DNA of 64,000 bases, taken from Candidatus Thorarchaeota archaeon (GTDB lineage Archaea; Asgardarchaeota; Thorarchaeia; Thorarchaeales; Thorarchaeaceae). The notes under the pieces are model-generated. The model worked only from the letters and a program-made list of their open reading frames with translations. It made no database searches and had not been told where the DNA came from. Of the stretch, positions 10,016 through 18,941 are shown piece by piece; position 1 is the first letter of the stretch; each line of letters opens with the position of its first letter. Where the stretch lies: contig RDOC01000003.1 in NCBI GenBank assembly GCA_011364985.1, positions 32,001-96,000 on the forward strand. Reading direction: 5' to 3'. A program made the position numbers and the translations under genes.

Positions 10016-12019
10016 CTAATTCTCAACCCAAGCAAACTTTCGCTGCAGAGTCCTAGGATATACTCTTTTCCAATCATAGTCCACTTTCTTACACCACGTA
10101 TAGACAACCTTTGGATGAATGTAAGACTTCAGTGAAGTTCCCAAGTTCCACGTCCTACTGGCTTTCGCCAGTGCAAAATCGGTTTCGATCCTGCTCTTAG
10201 CAATCTCAGCCTTTCTTACCTGCTCCTTCATCCGTTCGAGGGCCTTCTCAGCTTGTGCAATTCGTTCAGTAGATTTCTCCTTGAAATCTGCAAGTACTTG
10301 CTGCTGCTTCTCAAGAGATGTTTTGCTCTTGGTGTAACGATCCCTTGTGCGAGAAAGACCCGTTTCTGCATCATCTAGGCGTGCTCGAGTGCGCTCAATA
10401 CTTGTCTGGGCTTCTTCCAGTCGTTCTTTCTTCGTGGTCTTCGCCTTCCTCTTGCTTGTTCTGGTCCTGCGCTTTCGTTCTCGAGCGTTGTCCCACGTGG
10501 TCTTTGCACGGTTTCTCTTCTCACGCCAAGAGAGGACGACTTGCCAGTTCTGATCCATGGTTTTCTTCTTTTTCGCAAGTGAGCTTTGTTTCTTTTCCTG
10601 CATCTGTTTCTCTTTCTTTTTTCTGGCTCGTAGTTTCTTCTTCTGTTCTTGCAGCTTTGCCTTGGTCTTTGTAATTCGCTGCTCAGCTTTCTTGATTCGG
10701 TCAACGTATCTATCAGCGGTACGACTCCAGCCCTTGGGAGCCTGCTTTGTGTGATTCATTATACGAGCTACCTCAAGATTTGCTCTCTTGACAGCAGCTT
10801 TCTTGATGAAATCAGGGTCTGCTTGCTTAGTCTTGCTCTTACGGAGCTCATCTTGCATTGTAAGGGTGGCATGAAAAGTTCTGAACACTTTTGCTGTGAG
10901 ATTCTTGTCCACTTTGCCAAGGAATCTGTTAACATGAGAGCTATTGATTCTAGGGAATAACTGTGCAGGTTTCTTAGGGTCTATCTTTGTCTTTCCTTTG
11001 CGAGACTTGAAGGATGCAATACGCTCCTCGGTTCTCTCATAAAGCTCTCTGAATACATTATAGACATCAAGCGGCATTTCCAGCTCCTTATGCCAAGGAA
11101 CGCTATCCTTGCCCAAGAAATTGAACACGACTGAATTCTTCTTGAAAGTTAGATGCTCAGCTCGAAGGGTTGTTGCTCCGACGGTGTCAGCCTCGTCTGG
11201 ATCTTTCTCATCACCCACTCTGAGACTCAGAGCATCTATGAGGTAGCATGCCGCAGCAACCATTCTTGTTTTGTAATCCTCAGAATGAATTCCCTCCATG
11301 ATGTGCGCCCGTATAGCATCGATCTTTTTGGCAACCTTCATTGCCTTGTCATATTTCTCTGCCTCACGTTCTTGCTTTATGGGGCTGCTATCATGTAGCC
11401 ACAGGTACTTGACCTTTCCAGTGAGTTCATCAACCCACTTGGCAATCCACATTGAATCAGAAGCCCAAACAATCTCATCCCAATCACCTTCAGGAACGGG
11501 CGCATCAGGACTCAGATTCAACGTTATGTCTTTATGCGTCACGCCCTTCTTCCAGCGGCCTCTCAGGGGGTGCTCGCCTCGCCCCATAAATATCCCTGAT
11601 GGTTCTGTCTGATAGCTTCCAAGCTCCATACGTTCCCCATCAACTATGGCATAGCCGTACTCCTCCTTTAGACGCTCGCGCTCAACCTTTCGAGCCTCTC
11701 TTTGTGCTTTCTTCTCTTCCTTCGTCATTGCCTCCTTCGTAGCACGCTCCTGCTCAACGAATTCAATGATTTCTGAGAAGTCGATTTCATCAACGGACAA
11801 TGGGGAAGTTGTCTCCAGGGCTTTAGAGAAGTCAGTCATGAAGTTCTCACAAAAAATGGGGTCCTCGACGTATGGAGTTCCTAGCTTTCGCACCCAAGCA
11901 ATTGCCATCTCTTCTTGGAGCCGAGTTAATGCTTTCTTCTGACCATGAACAGTAATATGAAACCCCTTGGATTCGGGTGGTTCTAGGACAATGATGCCGC
12001 GGTGTACAAGAGACTCCAT
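10016..12019 (-). CDS. DNA topoisomerase IB, eukaryote-like, with long coiled-coil linker
   Basis: IFMGRGEHPLRG, LRVGDEK, DTVGATTLR, FLGKDS, AKVFRT, NH and GTSLKSY (catalytic Tyr) motifs. Confidence 0.93.
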   Translation of the reverse strand: MESLVHRGIIVLEPPESKGFHITVHGQKKALTRLQEEMAIAWVRKLGTPYVEDPIFCENFMTDFSKALETTSPLSVDEIDFSEIIEFVEQERATKEAMTKEEKKAQREARKVERERLKEEYGYAIVDGERMELGSYQTEPSGIFMGRGEHPLRGRWKKGVTHKDITLNLSPDAPVPEGDWDEIVWASDSMWIAKWVDELTGKVKYLWLHDSSPIKQEREAEKYDKAMKVAKKIDAIRAHIMEGIHSEDYKTRMVAAACYLIDALSLRVGDEKDPDEADTVGATTLRAEHLTFKKNSVVFNFLGKDSVPWHKELEMPLDVYNVFRELYERTEERIASFKSRKGKTKIDPKKPAQLFPRINSSHVNRFLGKVDKNLTAKVFRTFHATLTMQDELRKSKTKQADPDFIKKAAVKRANLEVARIMNHTKQAPKGWSRTADRYVDRIKKAEQRITKTKAKLQEQKKKLRARKKKEKQMQEKKQSSLAKKKKTMDQNWQVVLSWREKRNRAKTTWDNARERKRRTRTSKRKAKTTKKERLEEAQTSIERTRARLDDAETGLSRTRDRYTKSKTSLEKQQQVLADFKEKSTERIAQAEKALERMKEQVRKAEIAKSRIETDFALAKASRTWNLGTSLKSYIHPKVVYTWCKKVDYDWKRVYPRTLQRKFAWVEN

Positions 12020-12145
12020 TCAGATTCCTCATTGGTTATAGGGAGTGGGATGTCGTTTTGTTACTAACAAAAGGATTGTTGTCGTGGTATCTATGAGAAG
12101 GCAATCGCCAATAATTTCAAGTGGCCAAAATAGAACATCTCATCT

Positions 12146-12430
12146 ATGGTTGATGAAGTATCAGAACTCTTTGACGACCTTCTGAAGGAGCGAAGTTATA
12201 GAAAGACGAGAAAGCCCGATCCATCCAAGAAGAAGGAGTTGGAGAAGTATCATAGAGTACACTATCTGAGCAAGCTAATTGCTGAACTGGAGGCAGTCAA
12301 AGTAAAGGCACGTGCTCTGATATCTTCTGATGAGGAGTACCTCCATGTGTGCGAACTCCTCGATTCTGTGGTCAATCGTCTCACCTATACCAGACTCGAA
12401 ACAAGAATTGGAATTCAGTCTGAACGATGA
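12146..12430 (+). CDS. hypothetical protein
   Basis: 94-aa helical ORF. Confidence 0.55.
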   Translation: MVDEVSELFDDLLKERSYRKTRKPDPSKKKELEKYHRVHYLSKLIAELEAVKVKARALISSDEEYLHVCELLDSVVNRLTYTRLETRIGIQSER

Positions 12431-12513
12431 GTTTAAAACCGCCAATCAAAGAGAGCCGTCTTGATGCAACCGTGGCTTGGATGACACGGCAAATGATTAA
12501 TCCCATCAAAAAT

Positions 12514-12530
12514 GCGGCCATAGTCTAGGG
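12514..12530 (+). repeat. tRNA-Gly 5'-end fragment (possible att remnant)
   Basis: GCGGCCATAGTCTAGGG is 15/17 identical to the 5' end of tRNA-Gly at 16803. Confidence 0.55.
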
Positions 12531-12646
12531 CGCTCGGAGTTACCGTTTTTTGTCTTGGGTATCGTGTCCATTTCCGGCATTCAGCTCGTCCTCTCTGAGC
12601 TAAGGACTTATATCATCACCAGAATATCCATAGTCGGTGGTATGGA

Positions 12647-12901
12647 ATGGCCTCTGTATTGGGTGGCATAGCAAAGGGTCTAGCTAAGCTATTGTCAAAG
12701 GTCGAATTCTGGCTCGCTTTGATAATCTTGGCCGTCATTGTGTTCTTTGGGCTACTGATTTCAAATATTGCCCTCGTTGGAATAGAACATCCCGAAGCAT
12801 TTCCCGTAGTTGCTGGAATTGGTGTGTGGATAATTCAGATTCTATTCCTGTTTGCACTAGTTGCATTCCTATTGTATTTCGCTTGCAAACTCATCAAATA
12901 A
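12647..12901 (+). CDS. small membrane protein
   Basis: 84 aa, two TM segments. Confidence 0.6.
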   Translation: MASVLGGIAKGLAKLLSKVEFWLALIILAVIVFFGLLISNIALVGIEHPEAFPVVAGIGVWIIQILFLFALVAFLLYFACKLIK

Positions 12902-13015
12902 ACCTCTGCCGGTTTCGGGTTGCGTTTCTTCTCGGAGTGAGTTAGGTATAAGTTCAAAAGACTGCCTAACCACACTCAGTATGTAAACAGCATCGCAGAT
13001 GGACTACAGGATTCC

Positions 13016-14332
13016 ATGGAGAAATCAGACATCATGCATGAAACACAGAACGAGAGTTCGGAATCTGAAAAACGAAAAGCAATCATACGGCAGGTTACCC
13101 TAAGGGAGTTCGACAAAGACCAGAACCAGAAAGAGCAAGATGTTTCTCTGCGGGATCTCGTTGATTTTCCGTCCACAACATACAGTACCTTTGGCATCTA
13201 CAACTACCCTGCGAAGTTCATCCCTCATGTTGTCAACTATGTCCTTGAGAACTACGGGGAGGAGGGGATGACAGTCTTCGACCCATTTGCAGGTTGTGGC
13301 ACCGTCGGACTTGCATCTCGTATCTATGGGCATGGCTACGAACTCTGGGATCTAAATCCCATTCTAGAACTGCTGCATCGAGTAGCGATAGCCGCGCCTG
13401 TCAATATCGACATTGTATCCCTTGTGGATCATGTTCTTGAATATGAGGAATCATATATCCCAAAATGGTCAAACTTTGACTACTGGTTTGCAGAAGACCT
13501 TCAGAATCTTCTTGCACAATCTTGGGGATTCTATCACGCACTAGAAGACGAAAGTGTGAGGGATTTCCTTGCTGTCCCGCTCCTTAAGGTAAGTAGACAC
13601 TTCTCGTATGACGATATGGGTCGTATGAAGCTATCGAAGTCCCCGAAGTCAAAGGCCCGTGTGAAAGAGATTTTGAAACAGGACTGGAAATGGTTGTTCC
13701 GTTCGATGCTCATCGATGAGCTCAATGATTTGCACAAGAAGCAGAAGGAATATCAATCACTCAACCCCGTCGATGTAGAGGCAACTATACGTGCAGGTGT
13801 GGACTCTCTCAAGGAGAGCCTTCGAGAAGACCGTGATATTCTCATCACCTCTCCTCCGTATCTTCAGTCACAGGAGTATATGAGGCAGGCAAAGATGGAC
13901 CTGTTCTGGCTTGGATACTCCGATAAGGAAGTAAAACAGCTTAGCAAGATGGAAATACCCTATCGAGATTTGCATGAGATAGACATCAAATCTGAAACAT
14001 ACAGACGAGTGAGGAAAGTCATAGGTGAAGAGCATATTCAGGACGTCTATGACAACTATTTCCGGGGTGTGACTCAGTGTCTTGAGCGACTGTCAACAGA
14101 CATCTCGACTTACCTCTTCTTCTTCGTTGGAAGGTCAAGTATGAGGGGCAGACCTGTCCCCATCGACACGATACTAACTGAACACTTCACCCAATTGGGC
14201 TGGACGCATGAGAGAACACTAGTGGATACTATTGTTTCACGGCGGATGTTCTCATATGGTGTCAATCCCGCCACAAATCAGCGAGATGTGAGGACCAAAA
14301 CAGAGCATCTAATCGTCCTTAAGAGACCTTAA
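13016..14332 (+). CDS. DNA amino-methyltransferase, likely N4-cytosine, alpha motif order
   Basis: YPAKFIP and FDPFAGCGT (motif I) precede ITSPPY (motif IV). Confidence 0.88.
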   Translation: MEKSDIMHETQNESSESEKRKAIIRQVTLREFDKDQNQKEQDVSLRDLVDFPSTTYSTFGIYNYPAKFIPHVVNYVLENYGEEGMTVFDPFAGCGTVGLASRIYGHGYELWDLNPILELLHRVAIAAPVNIDIVSLVDHVLEYEESYIPKWSNFDYWFAEDLQNLLAQSWGFYHALEDESVRDFLAVPLLKVSRHFSYDDMGRMKLSKSPKSKARVKEILKQDWKWLFRSMLIDELNDLHKKQKEYQSLNPVDVEATIRAGVDSLKESLREDRDILITSPPYLQSQEYMRQAKMDLFWLGYSDKEVKQLSKMEIPYRDLHEIDIKSETYRRVRKVIGEEHIQDVYDNYFRGVTQCLERLSTDISTYLFFFVGRSSMRGRPVPIDTILTEHFTQLGWTHERTLVDTIVSRRMFSYGVNPATNQRDVRTKTEHLIVLKRP

Positions 14333-14367
14333 GAAGTTGGAGCGCTCCGAATAATCAGAGGATAGTC

Positions 14368-14877
14368 ATGGGCCGGGTGACCGATCTCAATATCACTGGC
14401 AAGGATGAGAGTGCCTTTGCAGCAGACATGGGTATGGCACACGAGTTTCTAGTAACTGCAATACTAATTCGGCTTGGTTTTGAAGTCGGTGTTATGCAAG
14501 TTTCGAGAACCCCGTATGATCTCTGGCTTCTTGCATACGACCGGCCCGATGGCAACAGTGTTTCCTTGCGGGTTCAGATAAAGACAGTTTCTAAGGGTGG
14601 CACCATCAAACTCACAGGTGGAACCCGTGGGGGCATAGACCGCGAGTACAAGAGTGACGTGAAAGAATACAAGTACAGCACCGAGCATAGCGACCTACTC
14701 ATTGGGGTTGACAGGAATACATTCGATTTGTATTTGGTACCGACAAGCTTTCTTGACGATTGGGGGAAGTCCAAGGCTGTGTCACTGCTTAAGCCCTTAA
14801 AGAACAACTGGGACTTGCTGATGAACTGGAATGATGAATTCATTATCTCACTTCGGAATGATTTGATCCAGTCATGA
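14368..14877 (+). CDS. PD-(D/E)XK endonuclease, putative type II restriction enzyme
   Basis: HE...PYDL...RVQIKT motif, directly downstream of the MTase. Confidence 0.75.
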   Translation: MGRVTDLNITGKDESAFAADMGMAHEFLVTAILIRLGFEVGVMQVSRTPYDLWLLAYDRPDGNSVSLRVQIKTVSKGGTIKLTGGTRGGIDREYKSDVKEYKYSTEHSDLLIGVDRNTFDLYLVPTSFLDDWGKSKAVSLLKPLKNNWDLLMNWNDEFIISLRNDLIQS

Positions 14878-14982
14878 AGCAGTTATGGTTGGCAGGTGTT
14901 TTAGCACTATCCAGTCTATCGAAAGCATGAGGGCCCAATATCTTCGGCTTCAGCTTATTGTCGATTTGGCTTACACTTTCTT

Positions 14983-16326
14983 CTATGCTTTCAGGCTTAG
15001 AACGAATTGGTCAAATTGAGCAGGACCAATAATCTTAAAGTCCAATTCTTGAAAGAAGGATGCGAAATCCTCATTGAGAGAACTAGTTGCAGAAGAAACA
15101 TCTTCATCAAGGTTCCAGACCAATATGGCCCGGCTGACGTTGCGGCCGTTAGCAACGCACGAACGAACGTGTTTCTCAATCTGTTGTACAGTCTTCCTTA
15201 GCTCCTGTGTGACTGCAGTCCTATCGTCTATAGTACGCTTTCGGAGGACTTTGCATTCCACAAGCGTGTCCTTCACGAGGAAGTCGATTTCTCTCCCTCC
15301 CGCGTATTGATTGCACTCGAACGGTATTTCCTCACTCTTAAGCATCCATGCCAAGTACACGGAGAGGAAACCATCCTTACACAGAAGCGCCTTCTTGAAG
15401 TTTTCAGAGGGTTCATAGAGGGCCGAGAATGAATAGGGTTGCTTGCAGGTAAGGCAGTGATACTTGGTCATCTTATCAGGGGCAGCCCTACCATGTAGTT
15501 CGACATAGGATGGACTCTCAAGAGCGCAGCTATCACACCATAGGATTGCACCCTCGAGGTCTATGAGTTTGTGCAGATAGAGGGCATTCATCAGATTGAA
15601 GTATTCATCATACTCCATATCGGCATTCTGAAGAACACTGCGATGCCATGCCACAGAAATAAGTAGTAGAGGCAATCTCAGATTTGGCATGATTCTTGAG
15701 AATGATCCGAGTAGCCCCATTTTATCGCTCTCGAAATGTTTTCTTAGGGCCGATGCAACCTTCTCTGCTTTTTCCGCCACAATGCTGGACGTGTCGTCGA
15801 TGTAAGGGGATCCTTCTTTGCCAGCCGATGTCAACGCGGATGTAATGAACTCCTGAATATCTCCGAGTTTCTCCTTCATGAGTTGATAATTGAAATTCGG
15901 GCTGCTGATCAAATCAACGACGTCTTTGTTGGATCTGGCTGCATGAATCAAGATATAGGCAATTATATCAAGGAAGTCCGAATACTGCTTAGTTTCAGGA
16001 CCAAGTCCGAGATTCTCCATTATCCTCCTACTAATATCCTGTTGCATCGTCATTTCAGCAAGATACTCAACAACTCTTGTTCTCTCGGCAGGGACATAAG
16101 TGTCGATATGGAACTCACCCGATAGCGGGAACGCATGCATAAGATGTTCTCCCTCGATTCCAAACATGTCGGTGTGGTGCGTGAAAAGAAGCCGCCTGTA
16201 ACTCTCTTCGCGTCCCACTGATTGCATGAAGACATCCAGCTGTTGATTCCCCTTCAGTATGTTCATTATCTCTTCCACAGTAGGTCTATACATGAGATCA
16301 TATCCTTCGAACAGTGGACCTTGCAT
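14983..16326 (-). CDS. Zn-finger plus C-terminal PD-(D/E)XK nuclease-domain protein
   Basis: CDSC...CLTC and REIDFLVKDTLVECK motifs. Confidence 0.65.
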   Translation of the reverse strand: MQGPLFEGYDLMYRPTVEEIMNILKGNQQLDVFMQSVGREESYRRLLFTHHTDMFGIEGEHLMHAFPLSGEFHIDTYVPAERTRVVEYLAEMTMQQDISRRIMENLGLGPETKQYSDFLDIIAYILIHAARSNKDVVDLISSPNFNYQLMKEKLGDIQEFITSALTSAGKEGSPYIDDTSSIVAEKAEKVASALRKHFESDKMGLLGSFSRIMPNLRLPLLLISVAWHRSVLQNADMEYDEYFNLMNALYLHKLIDLEGAILWCDSCALESPSYVELHGRAAPDKMTKYHCLTCKQPYSFSALYEPSENFKKALLCKDGFLSVYLAWMLKSEEIPFECNQYAGGREIDFLVKDTLVECKVLRKRTIDDRTAVTQELRKTVQQIEKHVRSCVANGRNVSRAILVWNLDEDVSSATSSLNEDFASFFQELDFKIIGPAQFDQFVLSLKA

Positions 16327-16343
16327 TATGTGAATTCAAATCT

Positions 16344-16679
16344 CAAGATTGTTGAGTAATCTTGGACAGGAGTTGGGGTGTGATGAAATTCTTTCTTGGT
16401 ACCCTCAGGAGCTTCGATACAGCGCCTACATCGTTCATGGTATGTAGACTAATCAACCTTCTCGTAGGTCTTTGATGATTGAACCGTTTGCTGGCATTGT
16501 CCTCTCGGAGGCTTTAATTAGAACCTACTCCCGAGAATCCCACCCTTCCACGGACCATCCGATCTGGGTGGTGCAGTTGGCCACTATGAACTGAAGATAG
16601 TGGCCTTCCACAGATTCGTTCGGTTGACCCGGCATCACTGTATCCAACTCATGATACAAGCCTTCCACTAACGGTCCGC
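16344..16679 (-). ncRNA. putative structured RNA or long 5' leader
   Basis: BRE/TATA-like GGAAATTTAAG (16709-16699), at least six helices with G-U pairs favouring the minus strand, and three GTGGAAGG motifs. Confidence 0.5.
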
Positions 16680-16802
16680 ATGATGAGGAAACAATATGCT
16701 TAAATTTCCAGCTCGAACAGCCGTAGATTAGAGGCCCGAAATCACTTCCTTGTAAGGAAAGATAATTCGAGCCTTTCGCTAACAGTCTGTGAGTGGACAC
16801 CT

Positions 16803-16877
16803 GCGGCCGTTGTCTAGGGGTTAGGATGCAGCCCTTCCAAGGCTGGGGCCCGGGTTCAAATCCCGGCGGCCGCACCA
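16803..16877 (+). tRNA. tRNA-Gly(TCC)
   Basis: Complete cloverleaf: anticodon arm CAGCC CTTCCAA GGCTG, T-loop TTCAAAT, encoded CCA. Confidence 0.97.
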
Positions 16878-16904
16878 CATCATAGCCCATAGAACATGGC
16901 TGAA

Positions 16905-17265
16905 GTGAATGAACCCCACCTACGGACTTCTGTGTTCCATCCGTCTTCTGCCCGATGTCGCCATCAACTCCTGGAGCCACCCAGTAGCAAGCAAAAGCAT
17001 TGGCTGCAATCATCGAGACACGGTCCCTCCTACAGCCCTGACTTCTTTCTCCTGCTTTATTCCAGTCGCATCTTTCCTGGGAGCAGTGAGCCTTTCCACA
17101 GCATTTTCCACGGCACGGTCATCATCGCCATCCCCGTCCTCGTCACCGAATTCAAGGACACTCGTCTGAGCTGAGCGAACCACCGCGGACTCCCTCGGGC
17201 TTGATGCACTACCCTTGCGAGGGAGTGAGGACTTCTGTTTAGGGGAACGAGCCCCCCTAACAGCC
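16905..17265 (-). ncRNA. putative omega/reRNA overlapping the tnpB 3' end
   Basis: Stems ACTCCCTCG/CGAGGGAGT (17189-17226) and 17235-17263; TGTGGA...AAGCAGGA motif reminiscent of TnpB right ends. Confidence 0.5.
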
Positions 17266-18692
17266 TTCGGGACTGAGCCCAGCCTCCGCTCGGGAGTGGC
17301 CCACCGCCCTAGTCCATTCTCACTCCAAAGTGAAGGAATGAGCGTGATAAGTCGACGCGCTATGTTCAGGGAACCGTTGCGGTCCGCGTTTGTGCGGAAC
17401 CCACAGGTGTGGCACACGAAGAGAGACTGCCTCGGTCGGATTCCCTGATGCCCGCACTTCCAACAGGTGATGGAGGTCCAGTTCTCCGGGATCACATGGA
17501 AACGACTTTGTTTACCCTCTGTCCGCCAACCGAGTTGTTCGAGGCCGTGCTTCAGCGTGCGCGTCACCCGCCCGAAGCACCATCTGTGCATAAGGCCTCG
17601 AAACCGCTTTCCCTGATAGTTGCCCTTGCGGGCCGTGTTGCGGATGCCCTTGAGTCGACCGATGGCCACATGCACGACATACCGCTCACTGAGCCCCCCT
17701 ATGTATGAGAGAAGCCAACTCACCGTGAGCCTATCATACTCCTTGGACACATTCTCGCGCTTCGACCGAAGCCCCTTAAGTTTCCGAACAACATTGTCAT
17801 ATCGAAGCCCCCGGTCCCTGCGCGTGTCAGCCTCGTGCTGGAGATTAGCCACCTGCCGGTCGTATCGCCGCATGAGTCTGACCTTGTCATGTTGGACGAA
17901 ATAGCGGGTTTCCGAAACACGCGTAGGCGTCAGCAACGTCGTGCACACCGCCCTGTTAATCCCGAGGTCGATACCAAGAATCGCCGGGGGAAGGCCCCGC
18001 TTCTCCACCATGGTTTCAGGAATCCGGATGGCCACAGCGGCCCACCACTTTCCTCGCCTATCGGTGAAGACCTGCACGCTCTTCTCATTCCCGCGTTCAA
18101 GCTGCTGGAGATGGAAGGGCGCCGTCTTCAGGGGCACAGTCAATCTATCATGCACCTGCCTGCCCTCTGCGACCGAGTCCAATGAGTCGCGGAGCTCCAG
18201 CCACCATGTGGCCACGGTATTCTCATGCTTTACAAGCCTAGCGCGATACGGAATGAAGATTCGTCTGGGAATTCGCCTGTCCCGATTGACCTGACTGGGG
18301 CGGGAATGTCTTCCCCCACCCCTCCGAAGAGCCAGATAACTCTCATAGTTCGCTGCAGCCACCCTCCGACACTCGGAGAGTTCGTTAGCCGATATCCTCG
18401 GGAAGCGCGCTTTGAGGTCATGCTCAACAATCAACCTCTGCTTGCCATCTCCAGAGACCCGTTCGGCTGTCATAGTCAGGGTATGCAGCTTGCTCTCATC
18501 GATTCGCTTTCTGTTCACCCCCCTCAAGAGCTGTTCCTCGTTCTCCTCGATAATCCTGAAGAACGCCCTGATGACTCTGGTGTCTCGGCCCACCATCTGG
18601 CGCAGCCGCTGTTGCGCCCTCGTGGTCATCATCTCCCAGTTGATGGGAATTTTGACCGTAATCACTGGTTGCTGGTTTTTCACCATAGCCAT
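17010..18692 (-). CDS. tnpB: TnpB/Cas12f-like RNA-guided endonuclease with rearranged RuvC-II
   Basis: GIDLG (RuvC-I), AIGRLKGIR (canonical Glu replaced by Gly), IPENWTSITCWKCG...CHTCG (alternative Glu plus Zn ribbon), NADRNGSLNIA (RuvC-III). Confidence 0.9.
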   Translation of the reverse strand: MAMVKNQQPVITVKIPINWEMMTTRAQQRLRQMVGRDTRVIRAFFRIIEENEEQLLRGVNRKRIDESKLHTLTMTAERVSGDGKQRLIVEHDLKARFPRISANELSECRRVAAANYESYLALRRGGGRHSRPSQVNRDRRIPRRIFIPYRARLVKHENTVATWWLELRDSLDSVAEGRQVHDRLTVPLKTAPFHLQQLERGNEKSVQVFTDRRGKWWAAVAIRIPETMVEKRGLPPAILGIDLGINRAVCTTLLTPTRVSETRYFVQHDKVRLMRRYDRQVANLQHEADTRRDRGLRYDNVVRKLKGLRSKRENVSKEYDRLTVSWLLSYIGGLSERYVVHVAIGRLKGIRNTARKGNYQGKRFRGLMHRWCFGRVTRTLKHGLEQLGWRTEGKQSRFHVIPENWTSITCWKCGHQGIRPRQSLFVCHTCGFRTNADRNGSLNIARRLITLIPSLWSENGLGRWATPERRLGSVPKAVRGARSPKQKSSLPRKGSASSPRESAVVRSAQTSVLEFGDEDGDGDDDRAVENAVERLTAPRKDATGIKQEKEVRAVGGTVSR

Positions 18693-18941
18693 CGCTCCTA
18701 CAATATAAAGTTCTGACCTGTTCAGTCAGTGGAGTTCATTCGCAACCTTGTGCTTGCAAGACTGTATTGAACTCCTACAATTAGTAGGTATGAAACAATA
18801 TAAAGTTATGAAGCAATTTAAATAAACGAAAAGTTGAATTAGTCAGTCCATTCCTTCTTTATCAAAATCTAAGTAGAAAAAGATTTAATCTGCTTTTGAT
18901 ATAGTCACAAAAAAGTCTATAGTTTTCTACACGAAAGGAGA

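Larger units (their letters stand above)
16905..18775 (-). mobile_element. non-autonomous IS200/IS605-superfamily TnpB element (no tnpA)
   Basis: Contains tnpB, a right-end-like GAAGTCCGTAGGTGGGGTTCATTCAC ending at 16905, and a hairpin at 18731-18775 upstream of the start. Confidence 0.55.

Noticed and set aside
10016-12019. Topoisomerase IB as the island integrase
   Set aside because: Motifs are those of eukaryote-type TopIB, and the gene lies outside the tRNA-fragment boundaries
12514-12655. Complete intron-containing tRNA at 12514
   Set aside because: An 8-bp stem (GCTCGGAG/CTCTGAGC) follows, but no anticodon arm or T-loop consensus can be reconstructed
16400-16520. Group I intron core
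   Set aside because: Only loose resemblance to Q/R/S motifs; no convincing P3/P7 pseudoknot or host exon
16540-16670. CRISPR mini-array for the TnpB/Cas12f-like protein
   Set aside because: The repeat is only 8 nt and the intervening sequences are self-complementary; no true repeat-spacer array was seen in the window
16525-17013. 162-aa minus-strand ORF
   Set aside because: Runs antisense across tRNA-Gly (VRPPGFEPG is the typical tRNA shadow translation) and through structured RNA
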